From an uncultured Candidatus Saccharibacteria bacterium (GTDB lineage: Bacteria > Patescibacteriota > Minisyncoccia > Phycocordibacterales > DATGWK01): 64,000 nt of DNA. Where the stretch lies: the NCBI GenBank assembly GCA_964356815.1, contig CAYHIR010000003.1, positions 2,198 to 66,197 on the forward strand, read 5' to 3'. Positions 11,501 to 19,896 of the stretch are shown piece after piece. A model generated the notes under the pieces. That model was given only the letters and a program-made list of their open reading frames with translations. It ran no database searches and was not told where the DNA came from. The first letter of the stretch is position 1; every line of letters starts with the position of its first letter. A program made the translations under genes and the position numbers.

Positions 11501-12574
11501 TTAGCCGATTATTCTTTCGAGTGTCTTAACATTGTTTGAATACTTGTACGCATTTTCGATTGTTATTTCGCCAGCGCGAACTAGATCGACCAAACATCTG
11601 TTTAGATCGATCATGCCTTCGGCTGAACCTGTCTCTATTATAGTGTCTATTTCGTGAGTGCGCTTGTCGCGAATGACATTTGAGACGGCAGTGTTGTTGA
11701 TAAGTAGCTCATAGGCTGGCACTAAGCCACCAGAAACGCGTGGTACCAAACGCTGAGAAAAGATTCCGGCCAAGCTGCCTGCCAGCTGCATGCGGATTTG
11801 ATTTTGCTGAGTGGAAGGAAAAGAGTCGATGATACGCTCGATGGTTTGTGATGCGCTATTTGTGTGGAGTGTGGAAAAAACCAAGTGGCCTGTCTCGGCG
11901 GCTGTGACGGCCGCAGCCATAGTTTCTGGCTGACGCATTTCGCCGATCATCACCACATCGACATCTTGACGGAATGTACCCCAAAGCGCGGTGTGGAAAT
12001 CGGGCGTGTCGGTGCGCACTTCGCGCTGGTCGATAATGGATTTTTTCGGTTTGAAAAGATATTCGATTGGATCTTCAATGGTGATGATGTGCTCCAAACG
12101 CTCTTCATTTATAAGATCAATGAGTGCGGCGAGTGTGGTGGATTTGCCTTGGCCAGTCGGACCGACGACCAAAAAGAAGCCTTGTTGCTTTCGAGCAAAA
12201 GTGGTGAGAGCTGGCGGAAGCCCCAGCTCTTCTACTGTACGAATATGATCGGAGATGAGGCGTAGGGCGATGCTCACTGAGCCTTGTTGAATGTAGGCAT
12301 TGCCTCTAAAGCGAGAAGTGGTGTTGCTCGGCTGATAGGCGAAGTCGACCTGCTTTTTATCAGCGAAAATGGCTTTTGATTCGTCGTTGATCAGAAAATT
12401 GAGAATGCCAGCGGTATCTTCGCGAGAAAGCTCTTTCTGCTTAGCCAGCGGAATGAGTGAGCCAGAGACGCGAATCATTGGATGACGACCTTCAGAAAGA
12501 TGAATATCCGAACCATTTTCTTTTATGACAACATCCACCAGCCCCTCCATTATTTTTTTGTATTCGGTATTCAT
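11501..12574 (-). CDS. pilT: Twitching-motility retraction ATPase PilT
   Basis: 357 aa. Walker A is GPTGQGKSTT. It has the PilT/PilU hexameric ATPase signature (His box region AIRNLIRE-like VSNVIRDKRTHEI). Confidence 0.9.
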   Translation of the reverse strand: MNTEYKKIMEGLVDVVIKENGSDIHLSEGRHPMIRVSGSLIPLAKQKELSREDTAGILNFLINDESKAIFADKKQVDFAYQPSNTTSRFRGNAYIQQGSVSIALRLISDHIRTVEELGLPPALTTFARKQQGFFLVVGPTGQGKSTTLAALIDLINEERLEHIITIEDPIEYLFKPKKSIIDQREVRTDTPDFHTALWGTFRQDVDVVMIGEMRQPETMAAAVTAAETGHLVFSTLHTNSASQTIERIIDSFPSTQQNQIRMQLAGSLAGIFSQRLVPRVSGGLVPAYELLINNTAVSNVIRDKRTHEIDTIIETGSAEGMIDLNRCLVDLVRAGEITIENAYKYSNNVKTLERIIG

Positions 12575-12597
12575 ATTTTTAATTTCTATTTTTTAAA

Positions 12598-12996
12598 TTA
12601 AGCTTCCGCGCCCAAAATTTCTAAAACTTTCGTCACCACTTCCGAAGGCGTGACCGCGGCTTTGACGATAAACCCCGCTACACCGAGCTTCTTAGCGCCT
12701 TCCACCTCAGCCTCATCTGCCTGATTGGTGAGCATTATATATTTGGCGCTTGGAGCAAGATTTTCTTGTCTGGCTTGAGCTAAAATCTGTAGACCATCCA
12801 TACCAGGAAGCACCACATCTAGAAGAACGGCGTCGGGAGTAGGAAGAGTCTCGTCTTTGAGCCTCGCCAAGGCCTCTTGGCCATTTTTGGCCACTATTAT
12901 TTCATGGCCACTTTTTGTAAATTTCGTAACATACATATTTTGGATGAAGGCGTCATCATCGACAATCAAAATCCGGAATTTCTTTTCTGTAGTCAT
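12598..12996 (-). CDS. Single-domain response regulator (CheY-like receiver)
   Basis: 132 aa. It has ILIVDDD, a conserved phospho-acceptor Asp (LLDVVLPGMDG) and a Lys near the C-terminus. It sits between pilB and pilT. Confidence 0.85.
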   Translation of the reverse strand: MTTEKKFRILIVDDDAFIQNMYVTKFTKSGHEIIVAKNGQEALARLKDETLPTPDAVLLDVVLPGMDGLQILAQARQENLAPSAKYIMLTNQADEAEVEGAKKLGVAGFIVKAAVTPSEVVTKVLEILGAEA

Positions 12997-13039
12997 ACTC
13001 CAGATAATAACATGTTGAAAACTACGAGTTCAAGAAACT

Positions 13040-14785
13040 CTAAAGGCTAAGTATCTCTTCAAAAGGAATTTGCTTGTCAAAAGCTTTCAAAATGCCGTCT
13101 TCGCGCATGGTGAGCATGCCTTTTGAACGCGCGAGCTTTATAATTTCGACTTCTGTCGGATTTTTTAGAATCAGAGCTTCCATTTCTTTGTCTACTTCTA
13201 ACACTTCCATGGCCGCCACTCGGCCGCGTGTGCCTGTAGGACAATCTGGGCCTGGTGCGGCACGATACACATTTCGAGTGAAATCGATTCCCTTTTTAAA
13301 TTTCTCCGGCAAATCTTCAAATTGTTTGTCGATCATGGCCTTGGTGCTTCCGTCCATTGGCATTGGCTCGCCAGAATTTGGACAAAGCTTCACCACCAAG
13401 CGTTGGGCAACGGCGAGTGCGAGCGTTGGGGCAATAAGATACGGATCGATTTTCATATCGATGAGTCGCGAGATGACACCCACAGCATTGTTGGTGTGAA
13501 TGGTAGCAAGCACTAAATGACCGGTAAGCGATGCGTGAATGGCCAAAGCCGCCGTCTCTTCGTCTCGAATCTCACCGACCATTATAATATCTGGATCTTG
13601 GCGGAGTGTGGTGCGAAGAGCGTTGGCAAATGTGTAGCCAATTTCTGGACGAATTTGCGACTGACTGACACCTTCGACGCTGTACTCAATAGGATCTTCG
13701 AGCGAAAGAACATTAGCTTTGTCGCGGTCGAGCTCGTTCAACATTCCATATAGCGTGGTGCTTTTTCCAGAACCGGTCGGACCAGAAATGAGAATGAGAC
13801 CGTATGGCCTTTTCACAGCCTTGCGGATGGCGGCCAAATTTTTTTCACTCAAGCCGAGATCGTCGAGCGTTTTGATGCCACGCGACTGATCCAAAATACG
13901 CATCACGATCTTTTCGCCGAAATATGTTGGAAATGTGGAAACGCGGAAGTCGACCTTCCTGCCTTCGATGGTAGCCGAAAAACGACCGTCTTGCGGCTTG
14001 CGCTTTTCGTCGAGCTTCATGTTGCACAAAATTTTAATACGCGAAATGATCGACGCGTGGACATTGGCCGGAAGAACGAGGCTGGTATTTAAAACGCCGT
14101 CCACTCGAAAGCGCACGCGGATGGTGTCGCGCAAATGCTCAATATGCACATCGGACGCATTACCCTCTGTGGCATAGCGGAGAATGGTGGCGACAATTTT
14201 GGTGATTGGAGCAACTTCGACAATTTTATTATTTTTGTCTTTGGCCTCGACCATTTTATTCGAGTCTTCGCCGGGCAATTCGCCGCCAGAATCTAGGCTA
14301 AAAGAAACGCCGTCTGAGTTCGCGGTGCCAAGTTGATAAAGTGCCTTACCAACTTCTTCCGTAAGACCTTTATACATTTCCAGCACAGCCAAAAAGTCGG
14401 TTTCGGAAATTACGAAAAGTTTAAACGGCATGTCGATGCGGGAAGAAATGAAGTTGAGAGCGTCTTTGGCCTCGATATTATCTGGGTCGACAATGCCCAC
14501 CTCAAGCACGCCGTCGCGCACCTCAAGAGGCACAAAACGATAATGTTCGGCGGATTCTTCTGGCACATATGCGAGCGTCTCGGCTGGAATTGTGCGCTCG
14601 CCGAGTTCTTTCATCGGAATCTTAAAATATTCGCCAATGGTGCTCGCCACCACCTGCGGCGGAATGCCCTTTCCAGCCAAAACCTGCTCGATTGTCCTCG
14701 AAGTGTTTTTTGCTTCTTCTGTTATTGCCGTTACATCGGCCTTCTTTATTATTTTTTTCTCAACGAGTATGTCTAATTGGGTCAT
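13040..14785 (-). CDS. pilB: Type IV pilus assembly ATPase PilB (GspE family)
   Basis: 581 aa. It has the N-terminal GSPII_E_N domain, Walker A GPTGSGKSTTLY, and Asp/His boxes. Confidence 0.95.
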   Translation of the reverse strand: MTQLDILVEKKIIKKADVTAITEEAKNTSRTIEQVLAGKGIPPQVVASTIGEYFKIPMKELGERTIPAETLAYVPEESAEHYRFVPLEVRDGVLEVGIVDPDNIEAKDALNFISSRIDMPFKLFVISETDFLAVLEMYKGLTEEVGKALYQLGTANSDGVSFSLDSGGELPGEDSNKMVEAKDKNNKIVEVAPITKIVATILRYATEGNASDVHIEHLRDTIRVRFRVDGVLNTSLVLPANVHASIISRIKILCNMKLDEKRKPQDGRFSATIEGRKVDFRVSTFPTYFGEKIVMRILDQSRGIKTLDDLGLSEKNLAAIRKAVKRPYGLILISGPTGSGKSTTLYGMLNELDRDKANVLSLEDPIEYSVEGVSQSQIRPEIGYTFANALRTTLRQDPDIIMVGEIRDEETAALAIHASLTGHLVLATIHTNNAVGVISRLIDMKIDPYLIAPTLALAVAQRLVVKLCPNSGEPMPMDGSTKAMIDKQFEDLPEKFKKGIDFTRNVYRAAPGPDCPTGTRGRVAAMEVLEVDKEMEALILKNPTEVEIIKLARSKGMLTMREDGILKAFDKQIPFEEILSL

Positions 14786-14799
14786 AAGACGAGCTCTGG

Positions 14800-15105
14800 C
14801 TAATTGTCGGAACCGATCGGCGCGAAAGGATTTAGACGGCCAAGTGGCTGGGTAGGAATAGGCTGAGTGTAATCTACCAAAGACTCGAAAGCTGGCTCGG
14901 ACAAAATTTCAGTATTGATATTTCTCAAAGCCTTGAGGCGATTGAGCTCGATGACGAGCTCTTGGCCCACCGCGGCCGCGGCAACTGAAGATTCACCAGA
15001 TGTAGTACTCACCGCCGCATCAGGCGCAGGCGAACGAGTAAAAGTGAAGTAGCCAGCAACTGCCACAACGACAAGACCTACAATTAAAGCGATGTTTTTA
15101 TTCAT
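14800..15105 (-). CDS. Small exported/membrane-anchored hypothetical protein in the pilus operon (possible PilP-like component)
   Basis: 101 aa. The N-terminus is a signal/anchor (MNKNIALIVGLVVVAVAGYF). Its position between pilO and pilB suggests a pilus role. Confidence 0.45.
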   Translation of the reverse strand: MNKNIALIVGLVVVAVAGYFTFTRSPAPDAAVSTTSGESSVAAAAVGQELVIELNRLKALRNINTEILSEPAFESLVDYTQPIPTQPLGRLNPFAPIGSDN

Positions 15106-15126
15106 GATAATTTATATTGCTGTGCA

Positions 15127-15660
15127 TTATTTTTTCGGAATCCAATATGTATTGAGAGTTATGGAAAAATCATAACCGGTTTTCCCTGCGGCAGATGGCT
15201 TCACAGAAAGCGAGCGCACATCCATGAGTCGCAAACTGGTTTCCAAATCTCGCAAAAAGTTTACAGCGTTGGTATATGAAGTGCTAAAATCGAAGCCAAT
15301 GGACGCGGCACTATATACTTTTGAAGATCCAGAACCTGCGGACGCCTCTGAGGTCTTCAAATTTTTTAAAGCGATGTTGTATTTAGCGGCCACACCATTT
15401 ACATCGATTACTGTGCGGATGTTGTCCATATAGCTAGGCAAAAACTTTTCTAGCTTGTCTAAATCTTCTGGTGAGAAGCTCGCGAGCTTGTTGGCCAAAT
15501 CTCCACGAACCTGCTCGAGCTCGCTTGCGACATCCAGAGCCTCATCATAATCCGCCGACTGTGCGCGAAGATCTTGTACCACACCATAGAGTGGCTGAAC
15601 CTGCCAGAAAAACAGCCCGATGGCCACAACTATTAAAATGATAGGGGTGAGATTTTTCAT
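15127..15660 (-). CDS. pilO: Type IV pilus assembly protein PilO-like
   Basis: 177 aa. It has a single N-terminal TM (PIILIVVAIGLFFW), then a coiled coil, then a ferredoxin-like periplasmic domain. The pilMNO order supports the call. Confidence 0.7.
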   Translation of the reverse strand: MKNLTPIILIVVAIGLFFWQVQPLYGVVQDLRAQSADYDEALDVASELEQVRGDLANKLASFSPEDLDKLEKFLPSYMDNIRTVIDVNGVAAKYNIALKNLKTSEASAGSGSSKVYSAASIGFDFSTSYTNAVNFLRDLETSLRLMDVRSLSVKPSAAGKTGYDFSITLNTYWIPKK

Positions 15661-15662
15661 GT

Positions 15663-16394
15663 TTATGGGTTTATCGTGCCGCCGATGGTGCCGCCAGCGC
15701 CAGCCCCAGCGCCACCGGAAGATGTGGTGGCTGCGCCAGTAGGCGGTAAGCTTTCAAGCGGCATGATAACTTCTTTCACAGGGTCGACGGGCAATGTTGG
15801 CAAAGTAGGATCGACTGTGAGGCTGTAGGCTACAGACTCTGGATAAATATCTGCTTTCACATCGAAAGTGACAATGCCTTTGTCGTTGAGAGCGAGATTT
15901 GAAATAGTAACCGCTTTTAAATTTTCATTTGTACCAAAAACATCAGATTGAAAAGCCACCGCGGCATAGCTATTGGCCTCACCCTTCATAGAAATAGAAA
16001 TTTTATTATCGTTGCCGGAGGTGTATGAGAGATCGCTAAAGCGCACTGTTTGCACTGTATTTTGCTGAAGAATAGAAAGAAAAACGGTGAAAGCTTCATG
16101 GCTAGACAAAAGCTGTTTGGCTGTGTCGAGACGTGTGCGAAGAAGAGTGAGATTTTTGGTGAGCTCTGGGTCGAACTTTTCAATTGCTTCAGCAATCTGC
16201 GCCTTCTTTTCGTCGTTTTGCTTTGTGAGAAAATATTTATAGCCAAACAAGCCGCCAAAAAGCAAAATGGCGATGACAAAAATGCCGACGGCAATCATCA
16301 TGAAAAAACTCTTTCGAGATTTTGGTCGGAAGCCACTGTCTGTCGGGATAATTGGCCTTTTTGGTACGAAACTATTCTGGAGAGTGTTGTCCAT
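15663..16394 (-). CDS. pilN: Type IV pilus assembly protein PilN-like
   Basis: It has an internal TM (FFMMIAVGIFVIAILLFGGLF) and a coiled coil. The likely start is the Met of MDNTLQ at 16394; the ORF track extends it to 16457. Confidence 0.7.
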   Translation of the reverse strand: MDNTLQNSFVPKRPIIPTDSGFRPKSRKSFFMMIAVGIFVIAILLFGGLFGYKYFLTKQNDEKKAQIAEAIEKFDPELTKNLTLLRTRLDTAKQLLSSHEAFTVFLSILQQNTVQTVRFSDLSYTSGNDNKISISMKGEANSYAAVAFQSDVFGTNENLKAVTISNLALNDKGIVTFDVKADIYPESVAYSLTVDPTLPTLPVDPVKEVIMPLESLPPTGAATTSSGGAGAGAGGTIGGTINP

Positions 16395-16440
16395 TAAGGT
16401 AATTGTACAAGAAGAACAGGGGTAAAGAAAATGGGGACTG

Positions 16441-16570
16441 GTGATAAGAAGAACCAAACACCTTCATCGAAATGCACGGAATAAATTTTTGGTGAAATTT
16501 TTCCTCCTGCTCGGCGCCAAGCGCCTCCGCAGAGTCATTTCTCAAAAGGTGTTTGGTTCTTCTCCTCACT
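16441..16570 (-). repeat. Copy A1 of the multi-copy structured intergenic element (core 16474-16536; 17-bp perfect outer stem 16448-16464 / 16546-16562)
   Basis: The core, read on the minus strand, is GACTCTGCGGAGGCGCTTGGCGCCGAGCAGGAGGAAAAATTTCACCAAAAATTTATTCCGTGC. It lies between pilM and pilN inside the operon. Confidence 0.8.
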
Positions 16571-16600
16571 AACCCACCATCTCTCAGCCCGTCGGCTTCC

Positions 16601-17710
16601 TCACTCCAGATCTTGTAGCTTCCTTAATGCCAAACCTAATGCAACGGCGAATTCGGGACCATTCTTGCGGAGAATTTCGGTGAGAAAGGCGGGTGCTTGG
16701 ACTTTGCTAAATGGATCGCCGAGGGCGACGGGTGTTTCGAGATTTTTTTGCGCGAGTTCAACAAAACCCTTCATCGTTGCCCCACCGCCCATGAGGATGA
16801 CCTTCTCCACACTCTTGTTGTGTTTACTTTGATAATTGATGAGTACGTGACGCGCTTCGGCAAAAATATAATCGAGAGTGAGAGCGATGGTGTCGGCTAA
16901 AGTTTTTTGGCCCGGATCCGCAGACCAGCCGACGGTGCGTTTCATTATCTCGGCTTGGTCGAGCGGCATATTTAAAGAAGTGGCAATGGTGGAAGTAATA
17001 TCTTGCGAGCCGCGATTGATAGTGTGAGAGTTGCGCACGATGCCGCGCTCTATTATATAAAGCTTGGTTGACGCGGCACCAAGATCGAGAATCATTACGG
17101 GCCGAGTGTTGTCGTCGAGCACGGAACGAATGGTGCTAAAAATTTCAATTTCAAAAAAACCAACATCCAAACCAGCTTTGCTGACGATAGTTTCATAGTC
17201 GCGAAGTGTATCGTTGTGAATGGCTACGAGCAAAATATCTGTCTTTGGAATAACTTTGCCCCCCACTGCTTCCACACCCGGGTCATGATCTGTCTGATCG
17301 CGCGGGATGATAGACCAGTCGAGACTCACTTCGGCGATGGGCACCGGAATATATTTTCGCGCCTCAGTGGGTACCATTTGTGCGAGCTGTTTTTCGCCAA
17401 CATTTGGCAATTCAATGATGGTCATGAGGCTAGCCGAAAAAGGAATGGCGACACCCGCCACTTTTGTGGTAGTTTTTGCTTCGCGGAGAATATCGATAAG
17501 TGCGAGTACGACTTTTTCCACCGGCAAATTTGTCGCCCGGCCAATTTCCATCTTTGTATAAGGACCAAGCGCGAGTGCGCCGTATGTTTCGAGCATGACC
17601 CGACTTCCCTGCCTGCGGAGCTGGACGATTTTGATTGCCGACGAACCGATATCCACCCCGATCACACTGCCAGAGGCTCTTTTAAATAAACTTGATAGAA
17701 AATTAGCCAT
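16601..17710 (-). CDS. pilM: Type IV pilus assembly protein PilM (actin-like ATPase)
   Basis: 369 aa with an FtsA/PilM fold (GVDIGSSAIKIVQL). Confidence 0.85.
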   Translation of the reverse strand: MANFLSSLFKRASGSVIGVDIGSSAIKIVQLRRQGSRVMLETYGALALGPYTKMEIGRATNLPVEKVVLALIDILREAKTTTKVAGVAIPFSASLMTIIELPNVGEKQLAQMVPTEARKYIPVPIAEVSLDWSIIPRDQTDHDPGVEAVGGKVIPKTDILLVAIHNDTLRDYETIVSKAGLDVGFFEIEIFSTIRSVLDDNTRPVMILDLGAASTKLYIIERGIVRNSHTINRGSQDITSTIATSLNMPLDQAEIMKRTVGWSADPGQKTLADTIALTLDYIFAEARHVLINYQSKHNKSVEKVILMGGGATMKGFVELAQKNLETPVALGDPFSKVQAPAFLTEILRKNGPEFAVALGLALRKLQDLE

Positions 17711-17847
17711 CTTGATAGATAGTTCAAGACAAGTATAGCACAGGGAGCGCGAGCGGATGGTGGACGAACGGCGGAAATTTGGCGCTATAAGTGGAAATTT
17801 AGTGAAAGTTAAATAAAACTTGATGCGGTTTATGGAAGAATCGCGCC

Positions 17848-18534
17848 ATGACGAAAATTTTAAGAGAAATTACACGCTTTTTCCTTTATTTGGTTGCGCC
17901 GGAAAAAGAATCCGTGCGGAAACTTTCATATGAAGAGCCGCGAGAGCTCGCGCGAATTTTACCAGCCGCGAAGCCGATTGCCTATCTGCGTGACGGCGCG
18001 CAAAATCTTTTTGCACTTTTTGCTTATAAAGATCGACGAGTAAAAGAAATAGTTTGGGAAATAAAATATCGGAAGAATTCAGCACTAGCGGAAAAGATTG
18101 GCTTTTTGCTTTTTGAAAAGATGAAAGCGCGAATACGAGCGCGAGCAGAAAATTTTAATGGGAATCCGCCGGAAATTATTCTCGCGCCGATACCCACAAG
18201 CAGTGCGCGAAGGAAAGAAAGAGGTTTTAATCAGTGCGAAGTAATTTGTGAAGCAGTGATGAAAAATGCACCGCCAGCCAGCGAAATTTTTTCTTACGAA
18301 CCTTATTTGCTAGCAAAAATAAAAAACACGCCGCATCAAGCCGATCTCACGCGCAAAGAACGACTCACAAATGTCGCCGGCTCTTTCGCTATTCCCCACC
18401 CTGAAAAAGTTTGCGGCAAAATTATTTTTATTGTCGACGATGTAATCACCACCGGGCGCACTATCGGCGAAGCAGAGGCGATGCTCATGGAGGCAGGTGC
18501 GAAAAGTGTTTATGGTTTTGCGATCGCGCATTAA
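17848..18534 (+). CDS. comF: ComF family protein (phosphoribosyltransferase domain)
   Basis: The C-terminal PRT motif is IIFIVDDVITTGRT. The size and architecture match ComFC/amidophosphoribosyltransferase-like competence proteins. Confidence 0.75.
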   Translation: MTKILREITRFFLYLVAPEKESVRKLSYEEPRELARILPAAKPIAYLRDGAQNLFALFAYKDRRVKEIVWEIKYRKNSALAEKIGFLLFEKMKARIRARAENFNGNPPEIILAPIPTSSARRKERGFNQCEVICEAVMKNAPPASEIFSYEPYLLAKIKNTPHQADLTRKERLTNVAGSFAIPHPEKVCGKIIFIVDDVITTGRTIGEAEAMLMEAGAKSVYGFAIAH

Positions 18535-18602
18535 TAAAATCGGCGCGGAGCTACAACGGCATTAGAAAAACTCCAAAAAACATGTTACGCTGACGGAGTT
18601 TT

Positions 18603-18689
18603 GGAGACGTGGCTGAGCGGCCGAAAGCGCCTCACTGCTAACGAGGTAGGGTCTAAAAGCCCTCGTGGGTTCGAATCCCACCGTCTCCG
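18603..18689 (+). tRNA. tRNA-Ser (anticodon GCU)
   Basis: Cloverleaf: acceptor GGAGACG/CGUCUCC+G, D-arm GCUGAGCGGCCGAAAGC, anticodon loop CU-GCU-AA, long variable arm, T-arm GUGGGUUCGAAUCCCAC. CCA is not encoded. Confidence 0.9.
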
Positions 18690-18703
18690 TAAATAGACTT
18701 TCA

Positions 18704-18967
18704 ATGCCAAACTCAATTTTTCTCTTGTTACCCATCGCCCTCTTTATTTTTTGGACAGGCTATGTCCTGTGGCTTTTTGTGCGAGGTTTACATGACGGAA
18801 AAGTAATGCGCAGAAATATGTTTAGCTCGGCTTTCAAATACATTCCGGGAAAAATTTTCACTCGCGCGGAAAATCCTGTAGCGTTTTGGGCTTTTATTGG
18901 GCTTTATTTTGTTTTAGCGATTTGCGGTGTCGCGGCTGTTATTTTAATTCTCATCCTACTTATTTAA
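18704..18967 (+). CDS. Small integral membrane protein (hypothetical)
   Basis: 87 aa with two hydrophobic helices. Start chosen after the tRNA. Confidence 0.4.
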   Translation: MPNSIFLLLPIALFIFWTGYVLWLFVRGLHDGKVMRRNMFSSAFKYIPGKIFTRAENPVAFWAFIGLYFVLAICGVAAVILILILLI

Positions 18968-18983
18968 ATATTTTTAAGAAAAA

Positions 18984-19403
18984 TTAACCGTTTCTTGATT
19001 TCGAATCTGCATAGTAAATCATCGCGTCGTGCATAAATTTGGCGAGACCAGGCGCGATTTTGTCGTGAGTTGATCGGAAACGTTCGTCGTTTACGTACAT
19101 GTTTGCCAAGCCACGATACATTTCGAGATTTGGTTCGTAAAAATTGCGCAAACTTTCGTAATGACGACCGATGAGCTTCTGCACTTCTTCACTTTTTGGC
19201 CCTTCATTCATGCGCGACACAATGCCCTGCATAATTTTTGCGCTCTCATGTGCCATCTTGAGCATGCCAAATTTGCCGAGTTTCTTCACCCGTTCTTCCG
19301 ACTGCTTAAAAGCCTCGGTGTCGCCCCACTTATCTTTTGCCTCAGCCGCGAGTTTATCCATGTCTAGGTTGTCTAAGTTTAAATCGCCGTTTAAGTCGTT
19401 CAT
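18984..19403 (-). CDS. TipAS antibiotic-recognition-domain protein
   Basis: 139 aa. It has the conserved TipAS pattern (KWGDTEAF ... YESLRNFYEP ... MYRGLANMYVNDERF ... APGLAKFMHDAMIYYA). Confidence 0.7.
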   Translation of the reverse strand: MNDLNGDLNLDNLDMDKLAAEAKDKWGDTEAFKQSEERVKKLGKFGMLKMAHESAKIMQGIVSRMNEGPKSEEVQKLIGRHYESLRNFYEPNLEMYRGLANMYVNDERFRSTHDKIAPGLAKFMHDAMIYYADSKSRNG

Positions 19404-19573
19404 GTGTTTATATTTTTGCGTTTTTAAATTATGTTAAAAAGATTAAGTTTGGAAATAATGCTCTAAAATTCAAAACCGGTCAATCACTTCTCGACTCCCG
19501 ACCCCCAATTTCCAATTTCCCATTTCCCATAAGTCATTTTTGTGCTATTGTCTTCGTCAGAAAGGAACCAAAC

Positions 19574-19822
19574 ATGGACGACCAAACACCCGACAGTCCG
19601 CCTTCTGTAAAATGGCGTTACTGCGACTGCTCATGTCATCGAAGTGAGCACATTCAACACATGATGGCTTGCTGTGACGGTCAATGTCCCCACTGTGGCC
19701 ACTGGATCATCGGCTTTGATGAACACATTCGTGATCAGCATCCATCGGCACTAGCAGAGGAAATGATGTGCGGAGGAGGTGAAACACCACCCGAACAGCC
19801 ACCGCAATCCATGACAGCGTGA
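19574..19822 (+). CDS. Small Cys/His-rich protein (putative zinc-binding), hypothetical
   Basis: 82 aa: MDDQTPDSPPSVKWRYCDCSCHRSEHIQHMMACCDGQCPHCGHW. It is preceded by AAAGGA. Its stop overlaps the recG start region. Confidence 0.45.
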   Translation: MDDQTPDSPPSVKWRYCDCSCHRSEHIQHMMACCDGQCPHCGHWIIGFDEHIRDQHPSALAEEMMCGGGETPPEQPPQSMTA

Positions 19823-19896
19823 GAATTGCGGACGAAACCTCGAGGACCAGCTATAATAGGCTGGTCCGCTTTCATTATCTAGCATCACCAATCTCC

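Noticed and set aside
19490-19560. Short tandem repetition CCAATTTCC / CATTTCCCA upstream of the Cys-rich ORF (checked as a CRISPR or VNTR candidate)
   Set aside because: It is two to three imperfect 8-9 bp units with no spacer structure and no cas genes anywhere in the window. It is not a CRISPR array.
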